Origin: Dicyema japonicum
Taxonomy: Eukaryota > Animalia > Dicyemida
Reading direction: 5' to 3'
Assembly (NCBI GenBank): GCA_011109175.1
Contig: RDEW01000011.1
Coordinates: 103,036 to 136,035, forward strand
Length of the DNA: 33,000 nt
Part shown: piece after piece, positions 20,647-32,094 of the stretch
Layout of the letters: each line of letters starts with the position of its first letter
How positions within the stretch are numbered: position 1 is the first letter of the stretch
Notes under the pieces: generated by a model
What the model was told of the DNA's origin: nothing
The model's database searches: none
What the model saw: only the letters and a program-made list of their open reading frames with translations
Program-made: the position numbers and the translations under genes

Positions 20647-23439
20647 TTAACTATCATCATCATCATCATTCAAAAGTGATATATTCATAATAGACTCATC
20701 AGACTCAAAATCATCACTCAAGTGAGGATTAAACGGTGAAGGAAACACAGTATTCTCCACATTAAATCTACTTGGGGTTGCCCCTACAATAACACAAATC
20801 ATAACCACTAGGACTGTACACCGATGGATTAACATCCAGAATCATAGCCTCCAATTTACTAAACATTCTCCCAAAATCATCATTAAAGGAATCAATCAGC
20901 TGATTGAACGCAGTAACATAGTCACATCTGTTCTTCTCTAGCTTGGTCCCCTCTTCTCTATACTTATCCATTAATTCAATAGAAGATTTAACAAAAAGGT
21001 CAAAACACTCGCGTTTCGCCTACAATAAAACACGTGGATGTACCCTTAGAGGTATGTTCACATCATTCTCCAACTTTTTCCACACCTTATCGAACTCTCC
21101 CTCATAGTGTCGAAGTAATGATTCTAACGTAGCACAGTGAGCCAGTTTCTCGCTCCCAACCTTCCTCATCGAACCCAAAAAATCGTCCACCACCCCAATA
21201 AAGGCCTTATAATTATTCTACAATAAGCACATGGTAACTTTTGAATCGATGTCTCTAACAACCTCATCAATCTTCCTCACTACACGCCTAAACTCAGACC
21301 AGTATTGAGTCAACGACAAGGAAGCCTCAAATCCCTCCAAATCATATTGATGGTAGACGTGGTCATCGAATGTGTGGTGTCTGTTATATTCACTTGCTAT
21401 ATCCGTGATTATCTACATGCAAATAACCCATACATTTTTGAAGTCCCTAACCGACTTATCCACATCTGCCAGACACTTCTCCCTCTCCAAGTAGTTTGGA
21501 GTCCTCAGCTTCTTCAAAAAATTCTCCCTCAGGGACTTCATAGCCTCGTTATATGCATCTCCATTGAGCTTGATGTCACGGGTTAGCGACGCTATATCGT
21601 TTCGTAGTTCATCTGTATTTGATGATTCATCCACAAACGCGCCAATCTCAGTGATTCGAGCAGAATTAATCACTAATTGACTATTTATGGATCTTCTTTC
21701 CGCGGCCTACTATTATTAACGGCGATAACCAGCAAATCGTCATTTTTTTCACGGAAAGTCCTCACTTTCTCATTTATTCCGTCTTTCGCTAAACAAACAG
21801 AGTGATCCACTTCAGAAATCAACGAAACTGAGACTTTGCTGATTACATTTTCTAACGACATCCTTTCCTCATCGAATACGTTGTTGTACTCGTATAGAGA
21901 ATGTACTCGGTCAGTAAGGTACTCAATTTCCCGAAAAATTCGTCAACGTAGGATATCATATCATTTAGGTGGTGTTCCGCCGCAGAAACAAAATTTCGCT
22001 GTGTTTTTTCATTCCTTAAGTCAATTTCAGAAAATCCCGAACGTACCAAGTCCAGATTATCCCTTATTTCTTTGATATTCGCCAATTCCTCTTTCATGGA
22101 GTCCCCAATATTCCTCAAACGAGTAAATATCTCCAGTCTCTTCTCGTAAATATGTTTCCGCCTTTCATGTTCATTTTGTTTATGTACAATCTGTTCTCTA
22201 AGGTCCAATAAGGATCTCCTCAGCTGATCTACGTCCTCCCACTCCCTGCTAATTTTCTCCTCAGTCTCCTTTATGGTTCGACTCAGCTGACGGGAGACTT
22301 CAACATACTGCGATATTCCTGTACGGAAACCTCAGAGACGATTCTCTCGCGATCCTTGATCTCCATCTTCAGGTCCATGGTCTCCGTAATCCGAAAGTCC
22401 AATTCATTAGTCATTGTTTCATGAACCTGAGAATTCATTACAATCGTTTGATTCTCTGTCAGTTTACCCCATTCTTCCTTTAATCGCCCAATTTCAGCGT
22501 TAAAAAACTACATTCGATATTTACTAATACTTTTTCTGGATCACTGGTCTTGTTTGGTGTAATAACGTGGGTAATACCCCTTATCTTCCTCGCAAAACAC
22601 ATCAGACGAATGGTTCCCTCCAAACATGAGGCGGCTGGGGATATTGAGAAGATGAAACTGTTCATGTTGGTTTCCTACCAGCGATTCTCTCAGGTATTTT
22701 GTCAGCCGTGACTCCTTGTATGGGACATATGTGGCTTTTATGTATAACGAGTTCAGGACATCTTCAAATACGGAGAGATTTGATCCTAGAGCGGTTTTTG
22801 TGTTCAGGTTGTCCGATTCGTTGTATATAAACGCAAGAACGAGTGTTCCAACGTCAGTACTCCCTTCATGAGGAATAATTACAGTGATTGTGAAAATTGA
22901 ATGCCCAGAGACCACTGGGGTGATCTTTGAGTGTCTCAAGTATATGATCCACATCCTTCATATATGTTATAGTAATTTCAGTTGGGGTTCTAGCTAGACT
23001 GTGTTCTTCTAATTCATCCTCCTTTATAAGGTTTAAGTTCCCTGTCACTTAGGTGGATAGCTGATATTCGTACGGCTCTCTGGACAGGGCCATAACTCTG
23101 ATACGATAAAAGAAAGTATCTTAGCTGAGTGATTTTCGGAAGAAATATCTAAAACAGTATGGTTGTAGCCGGCGATGACGTCCTTTATAAATTGAGAAGC
23201 AAGGGACTTCCACGCGTCAAATGGGAACAGTTTTTGCTGAATATTTTGTCGAATCTGAAGGTCCGTCGTAAGGATCTTAGCAGTTTGGGGTCGTCTATAG
23301 ACAATTCCTTGTTTGTCCGCCTGTTTATTACATCTCTGGAGGTTTCTGATTCAACATCAGTGAGATTCCTTATATTAGAGTTAAATTATTACTTTATTTT
23401 GATATAAACAGGACATGTTACAGAAAGTTCAGAAAGCAT
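20647..23439 (-). CDS. KIF11: Kinesin-5 (BimC/Eg5)-like protein with a degenerate motor, coiled-coil stalk and BimC box; several apparent frameshifts
   Basis: RTFRFDKIF, DVIAGYNHTVL, HSIFTITV, YVPYKESRLTKYLRESL and ISPAASCLEGTIRLMCFA are kinesin motor motifs, followed by a long heptad-rich stalk. The spliced tail VYSPSGATPSR (22-nt intron at 20784-20805) is a BimC box. Confidence 0.82.
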
Positions 23440-23984
23440 TGTTCAATATACGCAAGTTTATTTTTATTTAAATTATTTATTTTTAATATTAAGTTTTTAT
23501 TTATTTTTTAAATGAAGATCACGGAGACTTTCAAAATGTCGAGTGACGCGAGGATCTGGACGGGTTTCCATGTGAGTCACCTGTTGATGAAAAAACTGCT
23601 TACATTTTTAGCGAACAGACCCAACTGATTTCCCTTACCAAACAACTATCAAATAGTTTGTTTGGTAGTGGTTACAGGATGAGCCCCGAGCTACGTTTCC
23701 AGATTTCTTTAATCAACAGTGGTGATGTTGAACATTACCCTGAAACCAAGTAATTTCAGCGCAAGTTGAAGATAATCCACATGAAGATCAACGTAGTTTC
23801 CAAAAATGTATTGATTTACATAACTTATTGCACATCATTGTGTGGATATTTCCATTATCAAGAAACTAAGCTTACACCGTAATCCAAGACTCCTTGCTTC
23901 AAGAACATTTTGTATTACGTTCCGACCGCGCCTTCAGTCTGTACACATTTCTATTCCTTTTGCTGATTATTCAACTTTTATTGA

Positions 23985-24295
23985 GGATCCGCAGTGAACG
24001 GTCGCCGGGTAAGAGGCCTGAAGGTCGCTAGTTCGAATCCTGGTACTGTATATATCGGTTGAATTTCCACGCACTCTATGCTTTGGCTTGACGAGTGACG
24101 CCGTCATCAGTGAACATTTCACTGCGGAACCGGATCGTCTATATAGGACAACAAAAAGAAAACAAAAGTGAAGAGCATATTTGATTCTTCCTCATCGAAT
24201 AGTTATGATAACTGTTCTTTGCTTAAAATAAAGTGTGTGTTCTGCCTGAGGGAGCGATAGCTTATATGGCTCCTCGGAAAGTGCTTTGTTTGTTA
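23985..24295 (+). mobile_element. tRNA-derived SINE, near full length
   Basis: Consensus B-box GTTCGAATCC at 24031-24040. Body and tail match the other copies. Confidence 0.85.
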
Positions 24296-24329
24296 TGTCC
24301 TCATATTGAAATTTTTTTTATCCGGGTCA

Positions 24330-24720
24330 ATATATATAAGTCCCGTTTCACTATTGTCAATGTATATATCTCACAGATTTTGTGTGTTCCAAACTTTACC
24401 CTAAACTTACTTCCACTTTTTTCTATTGACGTGGAGTGCAAATTCTGCATGGTATGGAGGATTTAGTTATTCTAAAATGATCCTGTTCTAAGTCTTTGTT
24501 GTTCTACGTTTAATCATTCTAATACTTTTCGGGATATCTCCCTCTGTTCTATCGCTCTCAAAGTCCAATGAGATGTCCTTTTAAGATCTCCCAACTGATC
24601 ACAACCCGATTTTATTTACCTTAAACTATCATCCTATAAAGAGGATGATCACCGAAGACGCTATATTAACTATAAAACGCGGAAAGTAGGATTCTTACAA
24701 AAACGAGACCGAAAGCGTAA
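24330..24720 (+). mobile_element. APE endonuclease remnant of a LINE
   Basis: FTIVNVY and LPTDHNPILF (SDH motif). Confidence 0.5.
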
Positions 24721-25527
24721 CTCAACGACTTTTCTTGTGTTTCTTTCCGCTCTTTGATGCTTTTGTTGAGTTCCTCCACAAATTTCTAATACCTGAGACA
24801 AAAAATGTATTCCCCGTGGTTTCATCGCTAATCATATTTTCCGCTCACACTTAACTGGTATCTCAAGAAAAAATTGTGTGTTATTATTCCGAGACCAGGT
24901 CAACTTATTATCATTATGCGAAAATAGGACTACGATCCTATCCCGAAAGGACTCCGTTGTAAGAATTTTCTTTTTGAAAATTTCGAGAAAGCATAAAATA
25001 TTCAAGGATAATTTTTGCTTTGAGACTAAAATGTATTATCAAAAATGGGTCTCAAATATATAGAGCTTGTTTAAGTAAGAAAAGCATGCATTAAGATGCC
25101 AAGGCCACGATTGACCAGAGTTATCGAAAGTGAATATATTCTGTAGCTCTAAGCATTATATCAGGCGATCTCGTATAATCAAAAAAATGCATAATTCAAA
25201 TGCCAAATTCTTTAAATCGCCAGAAAAAAAGCTAACCAGTGTCGGAAAGTTAATGATCCTTTTTGGTGCATTCTTGGCACTGAAACAGTTGGATCTTGTA
25301 ACACCACTCTAATTTAACAAGAGAAGAGGAGGAACAGATTATAAGGGAAGAAACAAGTCTGTTGGTTTTTTTAATTGTGGTTTTTGAGCAATGATGATAA
25401 ACAAATTAACTTTGAATATTAATTTACTAAAAAACTAAATTTTAATAAAATAATTCCAGTAAAAAATAAAATATTGATTTTAGATTATTATTATTAAATT
25501 TTCTTTGAGCATGAAATTTAATTTGTC

Positions 25528-27772
25528 ATGTTTCTGATTAGTCGTTCGGCTCGAATATTTCGTCTTGATGCTTTGAAATCTTCAACATTCACCAGCAGAC
25601 ATATCGGACCTTTTCCAAAAGATGTGCAGAAAATGCTGGAGATCATCAAAGTCAAGGTTAATCGATTTTATGACATTTAGGATTTGGATCTAGTCAAAAA
25701 TGTCGTACCTGCTGATATTTTACTCAACCGAAAACTAAATATTCCGCCAGAACTTAGTTGAATTATTTTTTAAAGTCAAAGGCGAATCTGAGGCACTAAG
25801 AGGCCGAAAGGATATCAAAAATGAACACTGTGGGAAGGTCCTTTATTGGAATGGGGTACCACAACTGTAATATCCCCACTACAATAATCAGAAACGTGCT
25901 GGAAAACCCTGGATGGTTATATAACCCCTTAAACTCGTTAGGTACACCGCCTACACTCCATACCAGGCTGAGATATCCCAGGGACGTCTGGAGGCTCTCT
26001 TCATATTCCAAACAGTCATCTCGGACCTCACAGGACTACCATTTGCGAATGCTTCACTTCTTGATGAGGGCACAGCGGTTGCCGAGGCAATGGGAATGGT
26101 TTATCGGTTGGATTTATGATCATTTTAGAATTACTAAACGGAAGAAATTCTTTGTTGACCAGTTCATTGACCCTCAGACACTCTCAGTTGTTAACACAAG
26201 GGCCAGGTCTTAAGTTTTTATATTTAGACTTTTTGGCTGGGATGTTCAGATCGGAAATTTGCTTACAGATTCGATCTCTGGTAACACTGCTGCCGTCGTA
26301 TTTCAATATCCAAATACTTTTGGGAACATCATTGACAGATTCGATCTCGTCCCTTATTAAACCGACTGGAGAATTCGGCGTTGATATTGCAGTCGGGTCT
26401 TCTCAAAGACTAGGTCAGCCAGTCGGGTTTGGTGGACCACACGCAGCCTTTATTGCTTGCAAGAAAGAGCACGTGCGTAATATTCCAGGAAGAATAGTCG
26501 GACAGACAGTGTTTGTTTGATTTTTAGCAGTTCAGTACCAACGACGGAGAGAAGAGTTACAGATTGGCTCTGCAAACTCGGGAACAGCATATCAGGAGAC
26601 AAACGGCCACAAGCAATATCTGCACGGCTCAGGCACTTTTGGCTAACTTGTGTTCGTTTTACTGCGTTTACCACGGAAAAGAGGGGTTAGAGTCATTGGC
26701 TAAGAGGGCAAATTCCAATGCCCGATTTTTAGCGAACCGTATACTTTCTGAAAATATTTAGAACTGTCCAAGAATGGATACAAGATAGCGTATGATGACT
26801 ACTTTGACACCATCACAGTAAAAGGAGGTGAAGGAATTCGTCAAAAATACACGGAACAAGGATATGTAAGGTTGATCGATTAAGAAGTAGGTGGTTGTTT
26901 CATTGGATGAGACTGTAACCCATGTGGATATGGCTTCTCTTTGCAAAATATTTGGGGTTGACTTTGAAGTATTGGTTTTGTTTATTTTATGGTTAATGAG
27001 TGGTTGAACACGCCCTTCTCCATAAAACAAAGACGGCACTCACAATTCCTTACTGACCAAATATTTAGAGAGTATTCCCACTATTGACACGTGTAGTTTC
27101 AAGTCGGAGACGGAATTTATGAGGTTTGTGAAAAAATTGTTAAATAAGGACATTTCGTTGGTCCATTCGATGATTAGTCTGGGATCCTGTACGATGAAGC
27201 TCAATTTTCTGGAGGAGATAATATTGTAGAGTTTTGTGCCCACGAGTTTATAATCAATTTAGAGGAGTTCAGCAAGTCCGCAAAGATCGATCCAGTCGAC
27301 GTGGCCAAGAGATTGATGGATTACGGTATTCAGGATTGTTTCAGTTTAGGGTACCATGCCCCACGACGTCTTTTCCACTGAAGAATGTGCTGATGATTGA
27401 GCCCACTGAGTCTGAATCGTTGGGTGAACTCGGCAAATTCTGTAACGCTATGATCTGTATTGGGGATATTTACAGGTAAACCATCCGTGGAGAGATCGCT
27501 GATATTGAAAATGGACGAATGGACCCAAAATTTAATCCACTTAAGGTTGATGTCTTATATCTAGGTTAAGATGTCCCCACATACAGTCCGGGTGGTCTGC
27601 TCCTCTCATTGGGACCGTCCGTACTCCCGAGAGACGGCAGCCTTTCCATCGGTTGCTACTCCTCAGTAATTTTTAGAAACTGATTAGTCCATCTAACAAA
27701 GTCTGGCCTGCTGTTGGACGTGTCAATGAGGTTCATGGAGACCGGAATTTGATTTGCAAAATTACCAATTGA
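25528..27772 (+). CDS. GLDC: Glycine dehydrogenase (glycine cleavage P protein), internally deleted as assembled
   Basis: [103 protein letters not shown] and [13 protein letters not shown]. More than 10 tiny introns. A large central segment is missing. Confidence 0.95.
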
Positions 27773-27804
27773 TACTAATAATTACCTGATCTCGATATTC
27801 TTAT

Positions 27805-28120
27805 AAAATAAATAAAATTGCACTTTTTGTTACAGCCATATTGCCTATAGCGCCGCACAGGCAGGACACACACTTTAAGTAAAGTTATGATAACTAATCG
27901 TAGAAATGGGGACCCGGAAATGCTCTTCACTTCTATTTTTATTTTTGTTGTGTGTGAATCCTTTATAGATAATCAGGTTCGCAGTTAATTATTAACTGAT
28001 GATGGTGTAGCTCGTCAATCCAAACCATCGTATATGCGTGGAACCTTCAGTCGGAATGTACAGGAGCGAGATTCAGACCAGGGACCATCAGGCCTTTTTG
28101 GCCGCCACTTATGACACTGT
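27805..28120 (-). mobile_element. tRNA-derived SINE, near full length
   Basis: Colinear with the 20003-20298 copy (AGGGACCATCAGGCCTTT, TGGAACCTTCA, CAGGCAG). Confidence 0.85.
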
Positions 28121-28631
28121 GAAATATTCTTATAATATATAACATTCGTTAATGTTCGTTTTTAGTAAGATTTTCTCTGTCGTTGTTGATAGTGAAGGAT
28201 TCCAGAAAAAGATGTGGATTTTTCAAGTAAGGGTGATTTTATCTTAGTAAATCGGTATATTGATTATAGATTTAAATAAGTTACCGTTTTCAGTTTTACT
28301 ATTTTCTTTTGTTTAGAACCTAGGGTTTCTAATGTCTTTTGAGTTTATCCCCTCGTATATGGTCACAAGAAGATATAAGACATTGGTTACTATCCTCATG
28401 AAACAAAGTAGACATTTGTTCACCTTTATGAACCGATTATGTGGTTCATTAAGTGGATTAATTTTAATACTATTACAAATGAACTGTAACATTAACTGAA
28501 CTATTTTTAAAGGATAGATTTTTTGGGCAGATATGAGATTGGATTATTGCATCATATTTCAATCCGATCAGGTAGTGGAGTTAGTAGTGCTCTCAATTTA
28601 GCTGTGGGTTCCATTCCTTAGCAGCTACCTT

Positions 28632-28770
28632 AAAATGATCTCTTTCTGCATTAGTCTTCTTCAATTCCTAGGAGGCGTCATGTGATCCACCTATCGATAC
28701 CTGCTTAATCGAAGGATTTCTTTTCTGCTTATTCTCTTCTTCAATTTCTAGAGGCGACATTGGATCCCTT
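28632..28770. repeat. Degenerate tandem repeat (period about 80 bp) with a third copy at about 31647-31715
   Basis: TTTCTGC..TCTTCTTCAATT.CTAG.GGCG.CAT..GATCC occurs twice. Related TTTTCTGCTTTTCCTCTTCTTTAATTTTAAAGATGCGTCATGCGATC occurs at about 31660. Confidence 0.65.
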
Positions 28771-28999
28771 AATTCAGAAGACATCCAACCCCCCTCTGGC
28801 ATTCAAAAAGAATTTTTCTTTCCCCTACACCAGTTAGGGGGTTCTCGTAGTGCAGATATTTGGAAAGGATACATCCCATTCCGACCGGAGGAACTGGATA
28901 CCTATTTCAAGTATATCAGGGTTATTAAAAAATAATCCACCTTCTCCTCGTGTTTAATTACAAAACAATCCAATAGTATTTTTTATATACTCATGGAAT

Positions 29000-29520
29000 T
29001 CTTCGCTGTTTAACCAAGAGTCCTTGATCTCTTACTTCTTATATAAAACGGTCATGGTATCCAATGTTTTCTTGATTACCAGGGATTAAATATATGCATA
29101 TGTTCTTTGGCTAATATTCAATGACTTGACATAATGTTGGAAGGCCATCCAAAGTTAGTACTATCGGAGTGACTTTCCCATGATGTATCATCTTTATCTC
29201 TAGAAATAAGGTCTAATTTCCTTAGTTTTTCACACTCCATTTGCTGAAAAGTTTTCGAAGGTGTTTTTCCCACGTCAATTAAGAAGATTTGATATGCTTA
29301 TCAATGACGGACAGGTTTGGCTTATTATGCTCAATTACCTAAGTAAGAAGTTATTTCAACATGACTTCTATGACTCTACCATGATCTCAAAAGAACAGGT
29401 TTATTCCAAAGCAGAATGATGTTTCTGATTATTCCCTTCTTAAAGGTAACCAATGAGAGGAATGTTGAATACTGATATAATCTTCCGAAATGATTCTCCA
29501 ACTCCAAACAGAATTGTCTG
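29000..29520 (-). mobile_element. R4/NeSL-type (RLE) non-LTR retrotransposon 3' remnant
   Basis: IEHNKPNLSVIDK...LIDVGKT...ECEKLRKLDLI...VTPIVLTLDG...YAYI*SLVIKKTL matches the RLE pattern HNxPD...(D/E)...KxxKY. Confidence 0.7.
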
Positions 29521-29569
29521 AAATACAGATATGGAGCATTTGAAAGGGATGATGCCTGAGTAGAAAGCC

Positions 29570-30135
29570 CGTTACAGGATCATCTGTGAAGATAAATATG
29601 AGAGGCTACTGAAGCAATCAAACCAACACAGACGTGCCTGTCTAGTTACTGAAGATGCGAATGGAGTGGCGCTTGGATCTATGCCCTCTCCGTTTGTAGT
29701 GTCGGGACCCACCTTGACGACGACACTGTCCGCATCGGCAACTCCATCAGACTTGGACTGAAGATTTGCCAGACAAATGCTGGTGTGGCAGCACCGTCGA
29801 TTGTTATGGACATCATGCCCTTTCTTGTCGAAGAAGTGCAGGACGATTCCCAAGACATAACGAAATTTTTAAGCGAGCCCTGGAGTCTGCTGGATACCCC
29901 TCCATTCTTGAACCTGTTAGCTTAGACAGAGGAGACGGAAAACGGTCTGGCGGAATCACAATTTTCTCATTCGAGGAGGGGAAACTTTTGGTCTGGGATG
30001 CTACTTGTGTCGACCCTCTTTGCCCATCCAACATTGTCGGGAACGTGGTAGAGACACTGCATGCCGCGGAAATAGCGATGAGGTGAAGATAAAAAATACG
30101 AAGCTCTACGCGACCAATTTGCGTTCTATCCCACA
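29570..30135 (+). mobile_element. CRE-clade element remnant (CCHC knuckle plus RLE)
   Basis: SGAWIYAL...HLDDDTVRIG..IRLG, CWCGSTVDCYGHHALSC, RFPRHN, ILEPVSLDRGDGKRSGG (RPDG degenerate), LVWDATCVD and KIKKY. Confidence 0.88.
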
Positions 30136-30603
30136 GAGATCAACTGGAAAAACCACTGAGTCTCACGTAAGTCGTAACATTTTAGTGTATGCAGTCGTCC
30201 CAGCTTTTGAGGAATTGAAAGCAACATCATAAAAAGTTAACTCATTTATTCGAAAATCAAATATCTTCAAAATTGAGTTGAATAATAGTGAAAACGTGAG
30301 CTTCCTGGATTAAACAGAAGTATCTATGAACTCAACGACGGTAAGTTGCCCCATATAGAGAAAACGAATGAATGAAAATTCCAAAGGTTAACACCAACTA
30401 ACTACTCACGTGATCCCGACACGCTCCAGTAGAGACCTAGTCTTGTTCCGAAACTCCTCTTTCGAACCCAGGCGTATAACCGGATGCTTGCAGTTGAACG
30501 ACCAAGCCCCACAGATTTTACGATTTTTCATAAAAGATCTTAATAACCATAACCACCAAACATTCAAAAATAAAACCTAAATAGCAAAAAAAAGTTAATA
30601 AAA

Positions 30604-31507
30604 TTATTTAATTCCAGCAGATTTGAGTAATGAAGCGGTCTTAGACACGCAAAACAATGCATTGAGATCCTAAGGAATAAAACAGGAATCAACCATCAAA
30701 GCGTTGTTGAACATATCAGAGGAGCTGGAATCCACCGGGGACGACAGATACTGAACCAAACACTTTAATTGCCTCCCCACATCTTCATTTGGCTTAATTG
30801 AACCATCCTTAACATGTCTAAACAAACTAACCTTCACTCTTCTCACGTATTCGATAATCTTCTTGAGCAACTTCCGAACATCCTCTGTACGGTCCATGGT
30901 CACGGGGGAATTCAGTTTTTCAATGAGCGAAGTAACTAAGATAAATCGGAAGAGTCAAACCAGCAGTGACTTCAGCATTATCACAGTAAGTCATGAGAGC
31001 AATGGGTACAAGCATTCCGCCCAAGAATTTGGCTGAGAGGGAAATTGGGAGACCCACAAACGCCTCAAACATCTGATTAGTCACACATTTGGAAGTGTCC
31101 ATCGACACAAAAATGAGAGATCGTTTTAAATTGTTAGTAAACTGTTTATGGAGAGTCCAAATATATGAGTTGCCCTCACTGGAGGTGCAAAACCATCCAA
31201 CTAATTGATCTTGAGGATAACTCATAGTATGGGCGTTCACGATGTTGTTCTCCATATCTGAGATCTACGGAAATTTATGAATATGGAGACTTTTGAGGTG
31301 TCATTGCAATCATCAGGGAGACCAAAGGCGTCAAATATTTCAACGCAGCCTTTTGTTCTCCTATAACAACCTGAAAATAATAATTACTCGTAAAATACCC
31401 ATTAAAAAACCAATAACTCCCTGAGCATTGGGCGCCCGTCGAATGTGCAACTGGCAGATAGTCATAGAGGCTGTTGGATGTAATTCACATGTTATATCAC
31501 TGAGCAT
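30604..31507 (-). CDS. EIF3F: Eukaryotic translation initiation factor 3 subunit F (MPN domain)
   Basis: CELHPTASMTI...RRAPNAQGVIGFLMG, LVGWFCTS, GGMLVPI...AEVTAG, DGSIKPNEDVGRQL and FNNALM|DLNAL. Tiny introns, for example 30670-30693 (24 nt). Confidence 0.87.
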
Positions 31508-31794
31508 GAGAAAAGTCAATTTGAAAATTAATTTATAATTTATTTAAATAGTTTTTAATAATTACTTTACGTATTTTATTTCAACATAAGTGCTGACACT
31601 CTTGTCGTGTTTACCCATAGGTTCGATTCTCGTACTGCTACCTACTTTGTCAAATGATCCTTTTCTGCTTTTCCTCTTCTTTAATTTTAAAGATGCGTCA
31701 TGCGATCTACCTAACTTACGAGACGTTAATTGCCTGACCAGTATCCAAAAAGGATTCAATTGTCTCAGTAATAAGATCACTATTGATTTCTAAA

Positions 31795-31932
31795 AAACGG
31801 CACTTTTACGCAGATCCATATTAGCTATAACTCCGCTCAGGCAGGACACACTTTAAATAAAGAACGGTAATCGTAGCTAATCGTAGAGGGAGAACCAAGG
31901 AATGCTATTCACTTCTTTTTGTTGCGTGTGGT
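31795..31932 (-). mobile_element. SINE, 5'-truncated copy
   Basis: GCACTTTT..CCATAT..CAGGCAGGACACAC..GAACCAAGGAATGCTATTCACTTC. Confidence 0.85.
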
Positions 31933-32094
31933 CTTATTTATGATCAGTTTTATGGCAAGGGTGGTGCCTGATAATCTTATCCTTAGTAGCGATAACAGTG
32001 TCATCAGCATAGCGGAATGCAGATTTCGTCATTAGTTTGTGGCTTATCATGGATCCGGTTTTAATCATTTATGGAAATTTTTTAGCTTTAATAA

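Noticed and set aside
21305-23407. Plus-strand ORFs (21305, 21836, 23159) and similar antisense ORFs over GLDC and MRPS15
   Set aside because: These are shadows of real coding exons on the opposite strand.
23512-23700. Divergent gene head-to-head with the kinesin
   Set aside because: The ORF is short and weakly resembles a hAT fragment (FHVSHLLMKK, ISLTKQ). No coherent gene model.
23985-24060. Functional tRNA genes at the A/B-box sites
   Set aside because: No complete cloverleaf, and each site continues into the shared SINE body.
6099-31507. Frameshifts in MRPS15, the kinesin, GLDC and EIF3F as programmed frameshifting, editing or pseudogenisation
   Set aside because: They are isolated 1-2 nt indels, often near short base runs, in otherwise conserved housekeeping genes. 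Uncorrected sequencing error is simpler.
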